64,000 nt of DNA from Adineta vaga (taxonomy: Eukaryota; Animalia; Rotifera). Of this stretch, positions 1 through 11,362 are shown piece after piece. Each line of letters begins with the position of its first letter. Position 1 is the stretch's first letter. The DNA lies in contig CP075496.1 in the NCBI GenBank assembly GCA_021613535.1, positions 620,001-684,000 of the forward strand, in the 5' to 3' direction. Both the position numbers and the translations under genes were made by a program. Under the pieces are notes generated by a model. That model was given only the letters and a program-made list of their open reading frames with translations, was not told the DNA's origin and did not search any database.

Positions 1-1
1 G

Positions 2-2047
2 AAACGATTACAAAATCAACGGCTTCGGTTGGAGCGTTTGAAAAGCACAAATTTGAAAAATACCATCGTAGAAACATTATGTGAAGACGTACCCATAATA
101 AACTCACGTCCAATAACAACCACAGCAAAAAAACTGCAGTTAGCTCGTGCTCAACTTCGTTCTGAATCGAATTCATCAAAACAATCCATCATTAAAGACG
201 AATTTGGAGTACATGATATTTCATATGATAATGTTAATATTGTTGTTAGTATTGAGATGATACTTAATTTGGTAAATAAAATGAGTTGTCCTTTATGTAA
301 TTGTATTGGTGAGATGTCTCAAAAAGTTACACAACGTCGTGGTCTTGTCTATCATATTACATTTTCATGTACTTGTTCGTTCGAAACATCATTTACAAAT
401 TCAACACAATTGGTTCGTTCAACTCCCACACGTATGGATGAACTGAACATGATGGCATGTGCGGCTGCTAATGTTGCTGGAATTAAACGAACAGGCTTGA
501 CTACAATTTTAGGCATGTTGAATATTTTACCACCAATTCAGATTGAAAACTGGAATAAATATCAAAAAGTGTATTCAAATGCTTTGGATGTGGTGAAAGA
601 TGAGTCTCTCGCAAGAGCCGGTAAAATTGAATAGTTTTTTAAATTTATTTCTTCTATACTATTTTTTTCATATACTTATATTTGTAGCTGAAGAAGCAGC
701 AGAACAATCATCGGAACCTGCTGATCACGAGGGAATTACAAATATTAAAGTATCAATTGATGGTACATGGCTAACTCGGCATGGTCATTCTAGTTTACAT
801 GGAATTTCAACTGTTTGTTCAACAGCAGATCCTTCAAAAGTCTTAGATTTCGAATGTCTAAGTCGACACTGTACTACTTGTTCGGGCTTATTAGGAATTA
901 AAGAACACAGTCCTGAACTGTATCAACAACGTTTAGCAGAACATCTCAAGAATGGTTGTGAGCAAAATCATTTAGGTTCATCAGGTGGAATGGAAGCTGC
1001 AGGTTAGAAGACGTTATTTCAAAAGAGTTTAATTAATAGGTTTGGAGCTTTTTAGGTGTTGTTAAAATATTTTGTCGATCAGAAGCTAAACATCTATTAC
1101 GATATACTACATTTATTGCTGATGGTGATGCTAACAATGAACGTGCGCTTCTTGATGCTGCACCATACAGCGAAATTCCTATTCAACGTCTTCAATGTAT
1201 AAATCATTTTTCCAAACGGTAATATTGTTATCTCTGTAATAATAGTACTTCAACTTTTTATATTTTATACAGAATGCGTACTGCTTTGGAAGCAGTCAAA
1301 AAAGATTATAGCAATAGAAAATTAGAAGATGGTTTAGCAATTGGAGGTCGAAATGGACGATTGACTGATGATAAAATCCATCAATTAACTGTTTACTATG
1401 GTTCAGCTATTCGATCTCATGTCAATGATTTGGAATCAATGAAAGCTGCTTGTTGGGGTATGTATTATTGATATATTAATATCTGTAATAAATATTTCTA
1501 TATTTTAGCTGCTTTTCATCATCATAATACTACACGTGAAAATCGTAGTCATGATTGTGGTGATCCAACAAAGTGTTATTTCTGCAAAAATAAATCATTT
1601 GATCCTAAAAAACGTACTTTAGCACCTGCAGTCTTGAATGTGATTCGTCCTGTGTATGAAAAGATGTGTTCAACTGAAGTCTTGTCAAAAGTGGTCGATG
1701 GAGGAACTACAAATCCAAATGAATCTTTTCACAGTTATATTTGGTCTCTATGTCCTAAAACAAGATTTCATTCAGCTCATCAGGTACGTGATGCTGCTTC
1801 ACTTGCTACTATGCTTTATAATGATGGTCATCAACTATCAATCATGAATCTACTTCGTCAATGTGGTATTCAAAGTGCGATTCCTGCATGTATTCGAATG
1901 CTACAATTAACTGATGATCAACGAATAAAAGAAAATAGATCGAAAACTAAAGGAAATAAACAAAAACAACGACATCAACGATTAATAACTGAACAACGTC
2001 TAAATAAACAAGAAAAATATACCTATGCAACAGGAGCATTTGATTAA
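2..2047 (+). mobile_element. Mutator-like (MULE) DDE transposase gene, 5' end outside window; introns 621-687, 1003-1055, 1219-1272, about 1459-1508
   Basis: The spliced frame is continuous. It shows N-terminal CPLC...CTC, then SIDGTWLTRHGHSSLHG (first D), FIADGD (second D), QCINHFSKR (CxxH) and GGTTNPNESFHS (E), the motif order of animal Mutator-like transposases. AATAAA follows at about 2068. No right TIR recognised. Confidence 0.85.
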
Positions 2048-2084
2048 TTGTATTAGTACATTTTTTAAATAAATATACTTAGAA

Positions 2085-3400
2085 CGAATTGTAGATTTTG
2101 AATGGCATTATTAATCTGGATGTTCTTAATGAATAATTCGATTGAATAAATTCAAATAGTTTTTGTGTCATTTAATTAATAGATGAATTTTCATAAAGAA
2201 AATTTTTAGGTATTGGATAAATATCTTGACAAATTAAATTTCTCAATTCAACAATTTGTAAGGAATTATTTTTAAGATAATTTTCAATTGTTTCTTTTGT
2301 TCATTTCATTTCTTCACAATATGTTTTCTTCTTTTATTCTTTTTCATATTTTTCGTTTAAAAAGCTATCATAAATTTGCGAAATTCAATTTAAATATAAT
2401 TGATTGATTCTTTGTCGTTGAAGATTTTCTTTATATGTAACAGGTAATATTTCATTATCAGATAAAATATGAATTAATTGTTTAACAAGACGTGAATGCG
2501 CTGGAGCATCTTTATTTGGTTCTTCGACATATTTCCAAATTTCATATTCAAGTTGTTTTTATCTAAATTTTTAATTTTATCTTTATCCAATTCAATTAAA
2601 GCACATGTACAAAATTGATTACGTCCAATAATGACAACACGTTTAGCTAATGGACAAGATTGAATTGTATTTTTGTATTGTAATTGTATTTGTTTTTCCC
2701 CCACTTATATGAACTAATGTATCATTTTGTTTTCCCAAAACTCGATAAAAACCGAAATTTGGTGGATCTTCAAGAAGAATATCTTCAACAATATAAGAAC
2801 CATCGGATTTAAGGTTTTTGACTTGATGGTAACTCCATATATTTCCATCGTTTATCATAAGGATGAAAATTATTCACAAGAACAAGACCAGTTTCTATTC
2901 AGTTCAACTATTTTATATTTATAGACGAAGGAAAGGAAATTAAATACCTGTTGAACCATAAACACTAAGTAAAACAATATTATTTTCTACTAAAATTTTA
3001 CATAAATCATCTGGACAACCAGCTCCACCATACATAACAAATTTGAGTTTTTGTAAAGGTTTTAAACCAATATGTTGATTTTTTTCTAAAAGTACTTCAC
3101 GAATTAGTTGTTCAAGTAAACTTGGTACTGTAATAAGTGCAGTTATTCGATTATCTATTTGTATATTATGTAATAATTCATCAGGTTTTGGTGGAAATGT
3201 TACACATAATGGTAATGCATAAGCACAACCTGTTCCATTAAATGCTAAGAGATGAAATCTCAATAGAAAATATTTTTTGAAATGAAAAGAAAAAGAAAAA
3301 GAAAAAAGAAAATCTTACAAAGCAGCCCATGTAACAACAATATCATTTTCATTCCAAAAATGTTTATTAATTGATATTCCAATGTGTCAGATATTGAAGA
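2085..3400 (-). pseudogene. Degenerate NRPS-like adenylation + carrier (A-T) gene of the carboxylic-acid-reductase type, with frameshifts, stops and no C-terminal domain
   Basis: Minus-strand fragments in order: WAALFHL, VPSLLEQL, YGGAGCP, YGST|ETG, RVLGKQNDTLVHISGG/GEK, NKDAPAHSRL...LPVTYKENLQR and NSLQIVELRNLI...FLYENSSI (PCP-like). There are several in-frame stops and frame changes. Confidence 0.7.
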
Positions 3401-3674
3401 ATATGGAAAATTTTCTAAATAATCCATTAATGTATTTTATCCAAAATAAAAATAGTTTTTCTATTTTTTTAATGATAAAGCACATGATTGACATACTTTT
3501 GTCTTATCTTTATATATTGTAAATAAGAACGAACGAAAAAGAGGGGAAAAAAGATATATCAAGGTATGAAGGTTAATATTCTTTATTAAAAATAAAGATT
3601 TTTTGAATAAATAAAAAAGATAAAAGTTTTATTGTTTAAAAAGAAGATAAGATTTTTAGTTTTTATTAAGAAAA

Positions 3675-5823
3675 ATGAAAATACAATATAAGTTCTTTTT
3701 TAGTTTAGTATTCATAATTGTTCATTCAAGTCAATCAACTCCATTAGATGATTATGTTCGTGCTGCAGATCCTCATTTTGGTTGGACATTAATTCAAACG
3801 TATGAAGAAATTGATTATAAATTATATGTTCTTAATTTTACATCACAAAAATGGCTTGATGGTAAAGAAAAAGAAAATAATATTTTAAATCATAAAAAGA
3901 AATCTTTTTTTTTAAAAGAAACCTATTCATCACGATCTATTTGGTGGCATTATTTATGTATAACAGTACCAAATAAATTAACTCGACCTAATAGTGCATT
4001 TATGCTTATTGATCAAGGAAGTAATAATGATCGGTATATATTCTATCTTCTTATAAATATAATCATACTTATTATTTGTTTGAATATAGTATTCCTCAAC
4101 CTCAAGATGATTTTGTTGCTTTAACAGCAATGGTTGCTGTTGGTATTGGAAGTATTGCTGTTGATCTTCAAGATATTCCAAATGGACCAATTCGTTTTAT
4201 GGTAAAGATTTTTTTCTTGAAATAAAATCAAACATTTGTTTAATAAATGTAAAGAATGATCGAACAAATCGAACACGTGGTGATGATGCATCAATTGCTT
4301 GGACATGGAGAAGTTTTATTGAAAATACTTCAAATATCTATGTACCTTTAAATTTACCAATGACAAAAGTTTGTTTTCTTTTTCTTTTTCTTAATTTTAT
4401 TGAATTAAATTAGGCTGCATATCGTGCAATGGATGCTGTTCAACAATTTACTGGTCAACAAAATCTAACAACACCAAAAACATTTGTTGTTGCTGGTGCA
4501 TCAAAAGTAAATAATTGATTTTCTCAAAATAAAATTTCTTTTCTATTTTCCAAATAAATCATTTCTAGCGTGGATGGGCAAGTAAGTTTATTTGAAGTTT
4601 ATTCGACTTATTTTTCAATCGAAAAACTATTCTTTAGCATGGTTAACAGCTGCTGTTGATAATGAACGAGTCATTGGTGCAATACCAATTGTTATGGATA
4701 TATTGAATTTTCGAACAGTATAATGAAATAATATCTTTGAAATTTATCTTTTACTGTTTTTTTTTCTTATTTAGAATTTGCATCATATGTATCGAGTAAA
4801 TGAACATATTGATCAAGATTTGAAATCTTTAGTTTTTTATTTAGTCATTATTTGGTTGGACATTTGCATTTAAAGATTATTATGAATTAAATATAACACA
4901 AGATGTTGATAATGATAATTTAACAAAATTAACAGCTATTATTGATCCATTAAGTAAGAAAATGATTTGCAAATAATTGAATAAGATTCGTTTTTATAAT
5001 TAAAATAGATTATATTGATCGATTTTCTAAAATGAAAATTTTACAAATTCAAGCAACTGGTGATGAATTTTTTCTTCTTGATAATGAAGTAATAAAGCAA
5101 TTCAATTTGTATTAAGTAAATTTCATAAATTTTGATTTAGAATGCTTTTTGGAAAGATCTTCAAGATGCAACCGGTGGTTCATTTCTTCGGTAAAAGTCT
5201 CTTTGTTTTTCTTCTTTAAAAGAAAAATTTTTATCTTTAAATGAAAAAAGTCGAATGCCAAATGCTGATCATGTTTGTGTTGGTCATATTATTAGTTTAT
5301 TTTTTACAATGAGAAGTTTTTATATGAGTGTTTATGATGAACGACCATTACCTAAACTTCAATGGATAAAATCTTCGAATAATACTCATGGTTATATTCG
5401 TGCAACTGTTGATTTTAGTAGTGGACCAAAACCAATAAGTGCAATTGGTTATCGTGCTCGTACTCTTGATGATAAACGACGTGATTTTCGTCTTCTTATT
5501 GGAAACCCAAGTGATCCAAAAAAAGCCATGGCTAATCCTGTCTTTTGGTTTTCAACAAATCTTGTTACTGAAGTAAAACTTTTCAATAATAAATGAAATT
5601 TGTTTCCCTAATAAAACTATTTTAGGAAGAAACAAAATCAACAATTGTTTATTCGTTGACAATTGAAAATCCAACAAGTGGTTGGGAAGGTTTCCTTATT
5701 CAAGTCAATTTTCCTGGTCCAGATGGATCTGTTTTAGAATTAACAACAGAAACACAAATCATTCCTGATACTTATCCAACTGGTGATTGTCATGATGAAC
5801 AATGTTTAGGTACACTTGTATAA
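3675..5823 (+). CDS. Secreted PqaA/AprA-family protein (PhoPQ-activated pathogenicity-related / autocrine proliferation repressor A-like, alpha/beta-hydrolase-like), highly intron-split
   Basis: Signal peptide, then TPLDDYV, LNFTSQKW, WWHYLCITVP, DDASIAWTW, LPMTKAAYRAMD, VAGASKRGWATW, IIDPL, GDEFF, MPNADH. Stop at 5821-5823. Confidence 0.85.
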
Positions 5824-5898
5824 CTTTTATTCCAAAAAAATTTATCTAACACACGTGAAACTACGACACAGAACTAGCAAATGAACTAAGAGCCATAT

Positions 5899-6706
5899 CT
5901 ACTTTCGCTCACTCATACCAACTCGCTTTATTCGTTTCACGAATTTTTGTCGATTTTGACTGTAATACAAAATAAATACGATTTCACTTTGATGTATTCT
6001 TTTTCTGTTTACTTACCTTTTATTTTTTGTTGTGCATTTATAATCATTTAACAAATGATAATATTCATTTTGTTTCTGTTCCTTTTCAAATATTAATTGT
6101 GTCAAATCGTGATTCATCTGTTTGATTTCTTGAGTAATTGTCTTAAGTTCTTGAGTAGTTTTCTTGATTTTTGTTTGAAATTTTTCGATTCGATGATCGA
6201 ATTGTTTCATTAAATTATCATTTTCGTTTTTCAAATTAATCAGATAACTATCTTCAGGATCATTTTCATTCGATTCATCTTTTATATCTTTATCATTGCT
6301 CAGCTTCATACTGAAACGAATAAAAGCATTTAGTATTAATTGTTTTATTCAATTAAAGTTTACTCTGTCATTTGATCATGTAACTGTTTTGTATTTTGTT
6401 GCCGATTGATGACGATCTCTAAACAAATAAAAGATTTTTATTTAATGAAAAAAACAGATTGATAATTTTTGATTCTTGCCACTTTGTTCGAAGAAGAATA
6501 ATATAACAAGTAGTGCATGTACATTTGAGTTGGTCGAGCAGGTGGTATGATTTGATGGTTGCTTTTTTGCCAAAACGCAGCTCAATTGTTTCCCAAGAGA
6601 GTTAGTCGCAGGTGGCTTTGTTCCATTAGTGACTACATGTTTCCATTCTGTAAGTTTATTTGAGAGAGTCTGTTCCATATTTGGAAAAAACGTTACTGTA
6701 TGTTTT
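5899..6706 (-). CDS. Hypothetical coiled-coil protein (multi-exon, 5' end uncertain)
   Basis: Exons at about 6706-6522, 6418-6363, 6310-6017 and 5959-5899 join in frame via GT-AG introns. The segment LKNENDNLMKQF...IKQMNHDLTQL is heptad-rich. Confidence 0.4.
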
Positions 6707-7766
6707 CTATTCAAAAAGTGTATAACGAATGATCAGCAGACAATAATGGGACAGGCATAAATATTTATTCTGTTTCTGGTTCGTCTAAGATAACGACCTC
6801 TGTCTATTTATTTTTCAGTTGTTGTGAGCTGTATCGACTGATTATAGTCAGTCCATACGATCAGTGAATAGAAAATAACAACGAATGTTGTCATTGGAAA
6901 AGTATACTACGATTATATGGAAGACTTGTAAAGCGAATAGATCAAACATGCAAATTGAAAGGTTGTTACTCATATCATGTAAAAGTTACCAACCAATTTA
7001 TCTATAAATTCTTATTTTGTCCTAATCTAATCACTTTTCATTTTTGTACAATTGATTTGATATAAGTCAAGCAAAGAAATTATGAGAGAAACAAGATCAG
7101 TAATTTTTCAATTTTAAAAAGCTTTGAAATAAATTTCTTAACCTATATCTGATTATCTTTTCATAGAATCTAAATTTTGCATATTTTCTCAAACAGAATA
7201 TTTGAAATACTTGTCATTTTTTGTTGTATGGCATGCCTCTTTATTATTATGAAAAACAATCATTCGTCACATGATATTTTTAGACGTATACGACAAACGC
7301 ATGTATTTAATTGCCATACCTATTGACATATTCATTTATATCTTTCAATGAAATAGTTGATATGATTGAAAGTAAATTGCAATGATGATTTTGCATTATT
7401 ATCTATTCGATGACAATCTTGAGAAGTAAATCAAAAATACATCGTTATTTTTTTTGGTATTTCATTATTTTAATTCGTAAAAAAAACTCACTCTATATAA
7501 AAAAATAAACTCTTATATATAATGTAAATGTTTGATATGTAAGAGATATCAATTATATCAAGTTGTTCGATTACGTACATTAAAAATCTCAAACATATTT
7601 TACATGAACGCACTTACTCAAAAAAAAAGAAAGGATTGAATTCTATACTTACTAAATCGAAATTCTTTTGTACTTAATCTTATCTAAGGAAACTGAATTG
7701 AAAAAAATCTATCAGGAAAAGGTTAAAAGAAAGAATTGAGTCAAATTTTTGTTATAGAGGATTAAG

Positions 7767-8108
7767 TTAAAGAAGACCCAATTTATGGTGAATTGAACTT
7801 GAAGAAGCTGAAGCTTGACTTGCTTTAACTTGTGTACTTCTTTCAGCTCTTTTAACTTGACTTGTTTTAACTTTAATTGGACCAAAACATGTTGGAACTT
7901 GATATGATGATTTATGTTCACAACTTTTAGCATCAGCTGAATTGACTTGATATTTGGATCCATTTGCATGATTTGAATGAGATTTGACTAATTTTTGAAT
8001 TGGTAATATATCACAAGATTCAAGACAAACGAGTGGATTGCTTGAAACAGTTGCTGTAATGGCATTTGTTAAGGCTGTAGCTGTGGCTGAAGCTGATGAA
8101 GATGTCAT
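7767..8108 (-). CDS. Small Ser/Ala/Lys-rich protein of unknown function (113 aa)
   Basis: Single ORF from the ATG at 8108, with codon usage like neighbouring genes and a TATAAA about 80 nt upstream on the minus strand. Confidence 0.5.
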   Translation of the reverse strand: MTSSSASATATALTNAITATVSSNPLVCLESCDILPIQKLVKSHSNHANGSKYQVNSADAKSCEHKSSYQVPTCFGPIKVKTSQVKRAERSTQVKASQASASSSSIHHKLGLL

Positions 8109-8978
8109 TTTGATTGAAATATTCAAATAGAATAAAATCAAATAGGAATTGATGAATTGGTGAAAATATTGAGAAAATCTAGTCGTATTTATATCCAAAC
8201 AAAATTATGCAAATTTCAATTGAGAAAAACAACCAATTAATGACAAAAACCATGACAATATGTAATATCAGAAGAAAAAGCCATATTACCCCATTCCCTT
8301 TTCACTTTTTTTCACGCATTACATCAGATATAATTAATATTCTGTCGTACACTCCTCAAACCATGAAATTAAACGTACAAAAAATGAATGCTTATTAACA
8401 TTTTTTTAATGTTTTTCTTTCTTTCTTCCTCTGTATCTATTCAGATATTTTATAATATGCAAGCAATATGAACTTTGTTGCGTTAAAAAACGTCATTTTC
8501 ACACATACAAACCGTTTTATGACAATTTCAAAAAGAAAAAACATCGATCGATATAAATATTAATTTTACCCTCAAGTGCAATATATGACTAATGTTAACA
8601 ATATTTGTACAACAGCGTAACACAAAAACAACTTCCATACAAAATATCATGTATGTTATAACTTTTAGAAAAAGAAGAATATCTGGAGAGTCAAAAACAA
8701 TTGCTACAAACTTTACGAGCGTTCTTTTTCGGAGTATTAGATTATGGTCTTGGGGACCTATCGGATTGATTGACTTGGGTATATATGTTTTCAAAATAAT
8801 AATTAAACTTCTAACGAAAAAATTGTAAAGATATTTACAAAGTAACATTATCATTGTTGTGATGAAGTAATGTTTTTAAAAGAAATGAAATTACTAGAGA
8901 AAGATAAGGATATATATATGAAAGTAGAACAGTGAGATAAGAAAAAAAGAACGACGAGAATTCGAAGTAAATTGAAAG

Positions 8979-10328
8979 ATGTATTTGAGAATATTATTTC
9001 TTTATTTTATTTTAATTATTATTGAATTAATTTCTGGAAAAGAAAACGAATATGGATGGATTCATTCCATGGGTAATCCTTCGAATACACGAAGAATAAT
9101 TCCATCAATTCCGACAAATTTTACGGGAAAATCTTGGACAATGTCTTTTAACAGTTCATCACAAGATAAAACAATTCAAGGAACAGCAGCTGGATTAAAT
9201 GGAGATTTATATTTTTTTGTTCGAGAAAATTCTTCTCATTTAGTTGATAATCTTATTTGTTTAACAATTAATGGTTTAATTCGATGGAAAATTTCTCTTC
9301 CATCGAATGATAATATGATTAATATAGGTGTTTCAAATATCATTGCACCACATAATAGTTTCATTTATTTTACATCATCATGGACTAATGGAATAAATTC
9401 TTTAGGAAAAATTTGTCAAATATCAAATGGACAAACAAATAATCCAAATATAACTTGTGTTGAAAATGAACAACTTTTTTCTCCATTTAAACAAAGTCCC
9501 TTATCGATAAATGATTATTTTATTCATTTATATACAACTGTTTTAAATCAATCATTAGCTGTTATTAATACATCAAATCTTGAAATTATATGGATTGATC
9601 ATCAGATAATTGGATGTTCATCTGAATCAATTTATAATAGTGATGGAACGGGAATTTATTGGATTGGAAATGATAATCATTTCAAAAATGTTAATGGCAA
9701 AGATACACATTTATTTGATGTTGAAATTAATCCTGGTGGAAATCATTTTTATTCATTTGATCGATATCAAGCTATTATTATTCAAGTTTGGCAAAATTTT
9801 AATAATAAATCAATAGCTATTTCAGCATGGGATGCTCTTGCAAGTAGTTATTTTCATGTTATTTGGCAATGGAATGAACCTTATGGAATATCGAAACAAT
9901 CAACACAACCGATTATTGATGAACAATCAACTATAACATATATATCGATTTTACCATATACTTATGCAATTAATTCAACGGGATCAACTTTATGGAAAAC
10001 AGAAATTGTTTCTCAAACTGAAATAAATCGTTTTAATCTTATTGCAAATTGTTTAACTTTAAATAGTGATACGAATATTATTTATGTTCTTGTATCTTCA
10101 TTATTCAATGATCAAATAAAACCATTTGTATCAATTTTTATTGTTCCTATTAATAGTACAAATGGACAATTATTTGATAGAATTTATTTTGATGTTTCAA
10201 TAAATACACAAATTAATGCATATTGTCCAATACTTATTGGAAATGAAACTCTTTATATGTCATGGACAAAAGGAAAATATCCTGATTTAGTATCATTAAA
10301 TATAATGACAATTGAACAAATAAAATAA
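8979..10328 (+). CDS. Intronless secreted protein, probable PQQ/BamB-like beta-propeller
   Basis: 449-aa ORF with a signal peptide, GWIHSMGNPSNTRR N-terminal motif and repeated G...W blade ends (INGLIRWKI, NLEIIW, YAINSTGSTLWKT, INSTNGQLF). Confidence 0.6.
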   Translation: MYLRILFLYFILIIIELISGKENEYGWIHSMGNPSNTRRIIPSIPTNFTGKSWTMSFNSSSQDKTIQGTAAGLNGDLYFFVRENSSHLVDNLICLTINGLIRWKISLPSNDNMINIGVSNIIAPHNSFIYFTSSWTNGINSLGKICQISNGQTNNPNITCVENEQLFSPFKQSPLSINDYFIHLYTTVLNQSLAVINTSNLEIIWIDHQIIGCSSESIYNSDGTGIYWIGNDNHFKNVNGKDTHLFDVEINPGGNHFYSFDRYQAIIIQVWQNFNNKSIAISAWDALASSYFHVIWQWNEPYGISKQSTQPIIDEQSTITYISILPYTYAINSTGSTLWKTEIVSQTEINRFNLIANCLTLNSDTNIIYVLVSSLFNDQIKPFVSIFIVPINSTNGQLFDRIYFDVSINTQINAYCPILIGNETLYMSWTKGKYPDLVSLNIMTIEQIK

Positions 10329-11362
10329 GATTATTAATAGACTCAATTCATTTATAATTCTTTTCTATGTTATTCTAATTAACTTTTTTTTAAAGTAAAA
10401 CAAAGTTCGAACATCATATATAAATATATTTATACACGATGAAATGAGAAAATTTCTCGCATAAATTTGTTTCTATTTGAATATGAAACAAAGAATACAG
10501 AAGGGCAATAATTACCGTCAATATTATTTTATGATCAGATAATAATAGAATTTATTTAGATATGATATAGAGGGTTATCACTTCTAAAGCTGTTGTGTAG
10601 TAAAAACAATAATAGAATTTTATAATAACGTCCCATAGGCTTAACGCCCGTTCGGACAAGCCACGGTTTTTATTATTATTTATCTCCCATGCAGTCGGAT
10701 TCTTTCGTCTTTTTCTTTTTTACGCATGCCCGTATCTGCACCCTCTTCCACCCAACATACTGATTAAACATGTAATCAGTACGAACGAATCATGTTGCGT
10801 GAGCCATTTTAGACAACTTACGACGGAACCTCTCGGGGTGATAAAAATCTTTTGGATTCGAATTACTTTTATCTTGTAGATCATAGTGAGATATTGAAAT
10901 AGATCTAAAACATAACGAAGAGAAAACGAAAGGGGAAAAATGTGTGTCAAGGTCATATATCAGAGTATGTAAAACAAAGAAAAGAAGACGTGTACTATAT
11001 TTTAGGATGTCACAGTGACTATCTTTCTAGAGTATGTTCTCGCCATCATACCCACACTCTACTTTTCCTAATCAATAAACTATTTTGAATATAATTTTAC
11101 CCTCAAGATGTCATCTTCTCATTCGATAACGGATAATCTAAAAGCATATGTCTGATTATTTTTGTATGCATTGAATCTTGTTGTCGATACGTCATGTAAA
11201 AACAAGCTTTTTATCCCATTTCCCTATCTATACATCTCCCAACCTATATCATGTATCAATATTAGTCATAGATGATGAAAGTAAAAAAGTAACCTATATA
11301 AGTACAAGATTATAACACAAAAGAGAAAAATATTACAAGTTGTCTTCATATTATTTGCAAAG

